Positions 59,210 through 64,000 of a stretch of 64,000 nucleotides of DNA are shown piece by piece. The notes beneath the pieces were generated by a model. The model worked only from the letters and a program-made list of their open reading frames with translations. It was not told the origin of the DNA and did not search any database. Source of the DNA: a virus; IMG/VR virus record IMGVR_UViG_3300009506_000122, positions 3,202 to 67,201 of that record, one strand, 5' to 3'. Every line of letters begins with the position of its first letter. Position 1 is the stretch's first letter. Made by a program: the position numbers and the translations under genes.

Positions 59210-61120
59210 TTAATATTTTGCAAGAAGTCCCTGTCCTGGTGAGAAGAAGCCAAATCCCGCACTTGATCTTCTCAGTCGAAAACTGTCAAAACCTAATTCT
59301 CTACCACCATATAAACCCCATCCTGTTGCATAGACTGAATCATCTTGTATTCCCCCTCTTTCAAACTTCTCCCTACTACCAAATACATAGGCTGATGTTG
59401 TAGGGTCAGAGGATTTAGTCCAATGATCGAAAGCACCCATTTCTTCCCGTAAGATGTCTTCTGTTTTCGAGCCCGGTGTTGGGATATGTGGGGCTTTAAA
59501 ACGTCCTTCTTTACAGCAGATATAGAACTCTTTAAAGGCTGCTTTTTGTCTGTCGTAGTTTGGATAGATCGCTTCGAATTTGATTGTTCTTTCTTCACAC
59601 CAACCTCCTATGTCCCAAGCACCCCAACGTTCTGAGCATACCACATCTATCCCGTCATACTCTATATCTAATAAATCCATAGTCTCTTTGACAGCATTAA
59701 CCGCATGATTTTCCACATTCATAAGATATAAAAGTACATAAAAGTACTTGGGAGCTGCTTCTGAGAGTCTTGCCGTAAGAGGATTGGTCTTACTACCAAT
59801 TAACCCCTTAGCAATAGCCACCAATACCGTTCGAGCTTGTCCCCTTACAGCGAGAGGATCCCCGAAGTCTAATCCTACCAATATAGCCCAATCAGTATCA
59901 AATACCTTAGACAACTCCATCAACATGTCAAAAGTTACAGGATAGTTGCTATTTGCATCTATTCTGGCTATATTGTCGAGGTAATACATTCGATTGTCTA
60001 TTTCCTGTATCTGATTATATAGGAAATCAGTATCAAATCCCTTTTCAGAATTTGAATCAACGCTGTTTAGTATGTCGTTCCTTCGTGTGACAGCTTCCAT
60101 GATCTTCGCATTATTCAAATAATCCCCATCGATAGCTATAATTCTCATAGCGTCAATCAATTCCTGAGTAAATATCTGAGTGCGACCAGCTTCCCATGTG
60201 TTTAAGAAATATCGCTCGAACTCACCGAATGGAAATTTTGCCTTGTAATCTGCAAGTTGTCCAGCCGTCATGTGGGGGTTCATGTAGTCGTCAATGTCCC
60301 CAGTTTTAGAGGCTCGGTAGTTAAAAAACACAGTATGGGTTTGTTTGGTGACGTAGTTTTCGTAGAGTTGATAGAGGACGTGGGTCTTCTCGCTCACAGT
60401 CGAGTCGATTACCCCAAGTGCGTTAGGCATGTTTCTTATACTACCGTCAAGCTGGACGAAGAACTTGGGCTTCTTCATGTCAAAGATTTCTGAAAATGTG
60501 TATCCCGTAATATTTGACACGATACCGCTAAAGGATGATATAGAACGAATCAAAGATCGAATCTGTCCATCAGTACCTTTGAGCCTTATCTCTTTCTCCT
60601 GTATATTACGTTTTCCTACCGCAGTTAATAGATTAGGTGAATTTAAGATAATATCCCGCATGATGTCATAATGAACGAACTTGACCTGATCCTTACTATT
60701 CGCACCCAACATTATCTGCTGACGAGGGAAGTTAAAGAACTTCCATAACTGAATAAGACATGCTAAGAGACTCTTACCTTCACCACGTTGCCAACAGAGG
60801 ACAATGAGACGGTATAAAAAACGACCATCAGACATTCTAAGAGCTTCACGACAGATGTTTTGTTGAGTCCACCACATGGTTGCGTAGGATTTCTTGGTTT
60901 CTGGATGAAGTTCGGTGGGTAGTTCCTTCATCAGCACCCAAGCAACTGTGGCGGAGCCAGGTGGGTAGATCGGTACGCAAACGTTTTCATTAGCCCAAGC
61001 TACAAATCCCTCTCCACCGTCACGAAAACTCACTGGTTCGTACTCCGGTGTCGGGGGAGTAAGTAAATCAGGCTCACGAAACCCCGTCACTATACCATGA
61101 CGATTCACGAGCTTGCCCAT
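59210..61120 (-). CDS. terL: terminase large subunit
   Basis: Walker A WQRGEGKS, ANSKDQ, ILVGLDFG and QDDSVYA nuclease motifs; upstream of portal. Confidence 0.85.
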   Translation of the reverse strand: MGKLVNRHGIVTGFREPDLLTPPTPEYEPVSFRDGGEGFVAWANENVCVPIYPPGSATVAWVLMKELPTELHPETKKSYATMWWTQQNICREALRMSDGRFLYRLIVLCWQRGEGKSLLACLIQLWKFFNFPRQQIMLGANSKDQVKFVHYDIMRDIILNSPNLLTAVGKRNIQEKEIRLKGTDGQIRSLIRSISSFSGIVSNITGYTFSEIFDMKKPKFFVQLDGSIRNMPNALGVIDSTVSEKTHVLYQLYENYVTKQTHTVFFNYRASKTGDIDDYMNPHMTAGQLADYKAKFPFGEFERYFLNTWEAGRTQIFTQELIDAMRIIAIDGDYLNNAKIMEAVTRRNDILNSVDSNSEKGFDTDFLYNQIQEIDNRMYYLDNIARIDANSNYPVTFDMLMELSKVFDTDWAILVGLDFGDPLAVRGQARTVLVAIAKGLIGSKTNPLTARLSEAAPKYFYVLLYLMNVENHAVNAVKETMDLLDIEYDGIDVVCSERWGAWDIGGWCEERTIKFEAIYPNYDRQKAAFKEFYICCKEGRFKAPHIPTPGSKTEDILREEMGAFDHWTKSSDPTTSAYVFGSREKFERGGIQDDSVYATGWGLYGGRELGFDSFRLRRSSAGFGFFSPGQGLLAKY

Positions 61121-61122
61121 GA

Positions 61123-61689
61123 TTAACTCCTTTCAGCTTTCCTCCTTACGAGTTTCAGCTTGCGCTGTTCCTTTAACGCTTCCTTCTCCATGTTCTCGTA
61201 GTATCCTCTATTACTGGGAACGAGATCAGCGACATCAGGTTGAGATTTCTTCCCCACACCCAACTCTCTCCAAGTGCTATCAATCGTTTTGATAACTTCC
61301 CTGATTTCCTTAAACAACGAATGTATCTTAGTGGTTCCAGATTTCGTCATTTCGGGTATCTGTGAGGTTTGTAAAGCCATCTCAAGTATCTTAAATCGTG
61401 CCAACTGCTTATATAACGGGATTATCTGCATTCCAACTCTGAACAAGTCAAAGTTATCCATCTCAGAAGCAAGGTTATCCAGTATCATCTTCTCAACCTG
61501 CTTGAGGTACTTCATCACAACCACACATTTTCGATTAAGCTCCGTGGTAAAGTAGGGACATATTTGGTAAGAGGGGCAGTTTTCCATGTCACAGTCCTGT
61601 ATAGCAGTCCATACTGGGAACGTTTCATCCTGAAGTTTACGCTGATTGACCTTCATCAATCCATAGTCTTTATATTCACCGTTATCCAT
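61123..61689 (-). CDS. putative terminase small subunit
   Basis: Directly upstream of terL; helical; RELGV. Confidence 0.55.
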   Translation of the reverse strand: MDNGEYKDYGLMKVNQRKLQDETFPVWTAIQDCDMENCPSYQICPYFTTELNRKCVVVMKYLKQVEKMILDNLASEMDNFDLFRVGMQIIPLYKQLARFKILEMALQTSQIPEMTKSGTTKIHSLFKEIREVIKTIDSTWRELGVGKKSQPDVADLVPSNRGYYENMEKEALKEQRKLKLVRRKAERS

Positions 61690-61723
61690 GACATCTCCTT
61701 TGTTTTAAAGTGATTTTTAAGCC

Positions 61724-61753
61724 ATCATAAAGCACTCCGATAGCGTTTGTCAA
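61724..61753 (-). promoter_or_regulatory. sigma70-type promoter of the packaging/structural operon
   Basis: Minus strand TTGACA-N18-TATGAT upstream of AAGGAG RBS and terS. Confidence 0.6.
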
Positions 61754-62279
61754 GCAAAAAATGGGTTTGATAAGCCTCTATACAGTGGATTACGCAGAAC
61801 TATGTAATTCCTTACATAGTTTTAACAGCGTAAAACAGGCCTAAAACACTGGAAAACACTCTCGAGGCATAGAAAAACACTGGAAAAACACTCAAAAGAC
61901 ATCATATTTAGGCATATATTACGCAGGGAAAGTGTCTCAAATTAATGAGACAACCTTTTAGGAGCTTGCTACACGTTAAAAAGTCTGCGTTATATGATTT
62001 TCGCTTAAAATCGTCATTATCATTAACGTAGACTTTTAGGAGCCCGCTACATCGATTTGACTACACAGCTATATAACTATACTTGTAGTTACGTTTATTA
62101 TGATCCGTGAGCCGTGGGGAATATTATTGGTATATTTATGTTGTGTGGGAACCGGGTTCCGGTGTCTGTAAGACACAATACAAGGCTACTTTTGCAAGCA
62201 AAACCACGAAATATTTTGTGGTCGAGTCTCGGTAGTCAAGAGATGGGGGCTACTACGCTGTGATATTTTGAGGGGGGCT

Positions 62280-62815
62280 ACATTTTTTGTAGCTTATACG
62301 CTATATGTAGCACAAAATATGATGTAGTTATATAGTTATATAGTGTCTGATAATTATTATTATGTAAACTTGTATTGTATAGTTAACTCCGTATGTAGTT
62401 ATATAGTTATATAGTTGTATAGTTGTATAGAAAACAACATGCCCCATGTAGTTGTATAGTTATCTTCATATATTGCGATGTAGTTTTCGATATATGTAGT
62501 TGGCATCACGTCTACTCAAGCGCTTTACCGCAAGGCAACTATACAACTATACAGCTACAAAAAAATAAAACTACATAGCTACGAAATATAGTTTTATAGA
62601 TAACTACATAGGGAGTGTCTCAAATTAATTGCAATAAATTATAATAAATTCAGTTAGTTATAGCGTGAGACAGTATTGTATCAAATAACAATTCGAGACA
62701 GTTCGTATTGTTACTTTTTTTTCATACTTTTATGTAATTAAATATCTAATATTATGCAAATAATGTCACAGCTAACTATACAACTATCTAACTACATAGC
62801 TATACAACTATATCT
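62280..62815. repeat. dispersed short repeats (TATAGTT/GTAGTT and reverse AACTATA/AACTAC) in a non-coding AT-rich region
   Basis: Many copies visible; dominant orientation flips near 62,520. Confidence 0.6.
62343..62370 (+). other. dif-like Xer recombination site
   Basis: GTGTCTGATAA-TTATTA-TTATGTAAACT with the 11-6-11 dif layout. Confidence 0.65.
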
Positions 62816-62971
62816 TCCGAACTCATGTATTTGAATTTATTGAAAAAAAAATTTTTAAAATATATGGTATATTTTTTTTATTTTATGCTTTATATGGTAT
62901 TAAACTTGCTTACTATATAAGGTATGATCGCAACGATAAAAAAAACAACTAAACTACAAGGGGGTAAAGCT

Positions 62972-63136
62972 ATGAAAAATTTAAAAGGTAAAATTTTTAC
63001 AATGGTATTAATCGGTGTTCTGTTTTTTTGCGTGAGTTACCTCATTTCAAAGCGCTTTTATATCAACTATGAAATTTCGAGCGCTTACAGCTATACTCAC
63101 AGCGTAAAGCAAGCTATTGAAGAACTCACAAAATAA
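62972..63136 (+). CDS. small membrane protein
   Basis: AAGGGGGT RBS; TM segment. Confidence 0.5.
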   Translation: MKNLKGKIFTMVLIGVLFFCVSYLISKRFYINYEISSAYSYTHSVKQAIEELTK

Positions 63137-63212
63137 GGGGTAAAATTAGGGGTAAGGATAAAAGCGCTTTACCTCTAAATTTAGCGCTCAAGTAACAAGG
63201 GGTAAAAAAACT

Positions 63213-63617
63213 ATGAATAAAATTGAAAAAATACATGGTATGACAGTAAAAAAGATACAAGAAGTACTGTCAGGTAAAGGTATTAAATTTGATTCGAAAG
63301 CAAAAAAAGAAGAATTAAAAGACATTGTATCTAAGAACTCGAAAGCATTTTACATCGGTGTTCATAGCGGTAGCTATTATTTTAGTTCGAGACGCAATAC
63401 TCACGCTGGCAACGTATGTCGACTTATAGCGCTTGAAGAAGTAAAGTCTAAGCAAGATATTCGCAAAAAATATACAACAGCGTACACGTTTAAACAGACG
63501 CTTGAGCGCTTGAACTTTGAAGGTATTATTATTTTTACCGATAAAAAACACAGCGCTTTCGAGTTAACAAGTAAAGGTAAAGAACTTGCTAAAAAGTATG
63601 TCAAAATTTACGGGTAA
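63213..63617 (+). CDS. basic hypothetical protein, possibly DNA-binding
   Basis: MTVKKIQEVL...KAKKEEL (SAP/Rho-N-like) and FELTSKGKELA (winged-helix-like end). Confidence 0.55.
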   Translation: MNKIEKIHGMTVKKIQEVLSGKGIKFDSKAKKEELKDIVSKNSKAFYIGVHSGSYYFSSRRNTHAGNVCRLIALEEVKSKQDIRKKYTTAYTFKQTLERLNFEGIIIFTDKKHSAFELTSKGKELAKKYVKIYG

Positions 63618-64000
63618 GGATAAAACAAGGGGTAAAATTTAAACAATAACTTTAAATAGCTTGAGCGCTAAACTTAGGGGTAAAGTGAATAACTTTACCC
63701 CTTATTTTTTGTCTTGAGCGCTTGAGTAAAGCGCTAAATTTAGAGGTAAGGGGTAAAGGTAAAGGTAAGGGGTAAAGCGCTTGAGTAAAGCGCTAAATTT
63801 AGCGCTTGAGCGCTTACAAGGGGTAAAATTAGGGGTAAGGATAAAACAAGGGGTAAAGTAAAGCGCTTTACCTCTAAAGCACTTGCAAGGGGGTAAAGGT
63901 AAAGCACTTGAGCGCTTACAAGGGGTAAGGCGTAAAGGTAAGGGGTAAAGGTAAGGGGTAAAATTAGGGTAAGGATAAAACAAGGGGTAAAGTAAAGCGC
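63612..64000. repeat. modular repeat array (AGGGGTAAA, AGCGCTTGAG, TAAGGATAAAACAAGGGGTAAA units)
   Basis: Repeated units visible to the window end; the same units occur at 63,135-63,205. Confidence 0.85.
63676..63710 (+). terminator. intrinsic terminator
   Basis: AGGGGTAAAGT-GAATA-ACTTTACCCCT stem followed by TATTTTTT. Confidence 0.7.

Noticed and set aside
63612-64000. Repeat array as CRISPR, and ORF 63702..63983 as a gene
   Set aside because: Modules abut with no unique spacers; the ORF is a low-complexity translation of the repeats.
1-64000. Integrase, primase/helicase, tail sheath, tRNAs, reverse transcriptase/DGR, introns or inteins
   Set aside because: None recognised in this window; primase/helicase may lie outside it.

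Overview
The window is a 64-kb piece of a tailed dsDNA phage genome, probably a siphovirus since it has a tail tube and tape measure but no visible sheath. Two arms converge near 20,350. The + strand arm (1-20,360) carries DNA modification, replication and recombination genes: a thymidylate-synthase-fold enzyme, a radical-SAM/DNA-methylase fusion, beta clamp, UDG-PolA fusion, clamp loader, UvsY/SSB/RecA-like proteins, a 5'-3' exonuclease, RuvC-like resolvase and a split Rad50/Mre11. The - strand arm (61,689 to 20,346) carries terminase, portal, protease/scaffold, capsid, neck, tail, lysis genes, a large mucin-like protein and a 10-gene glycan cluster. A non-coding, repeat-rich region with a dif-like site follows at 61.7-64 kb. 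The best candidate for a new system is a phage-encoded mucin-type virion O-glycosylation system. Thr/Ser-only tracts sit on capsid, neck, tail-tube and tail-tip proteins. The same strand encodes five glycosyltransferases (one with ppGalNAc-T-like motifs), two sulfotransferases, methyltransferases and a radical SAM enzyme. Other signals are a KLVRR-type terminal peptide on about 10 unrelated proteins, a candidate cytosine hypermodification pair, a clamp ending in an SSB-type DDDIPF tail, a 16-bp duplication that frameshifts the mucin-like gene, and a structured intergenic RNA candidate. All calls come from motif recognition and gene order by eye; no searches were run.
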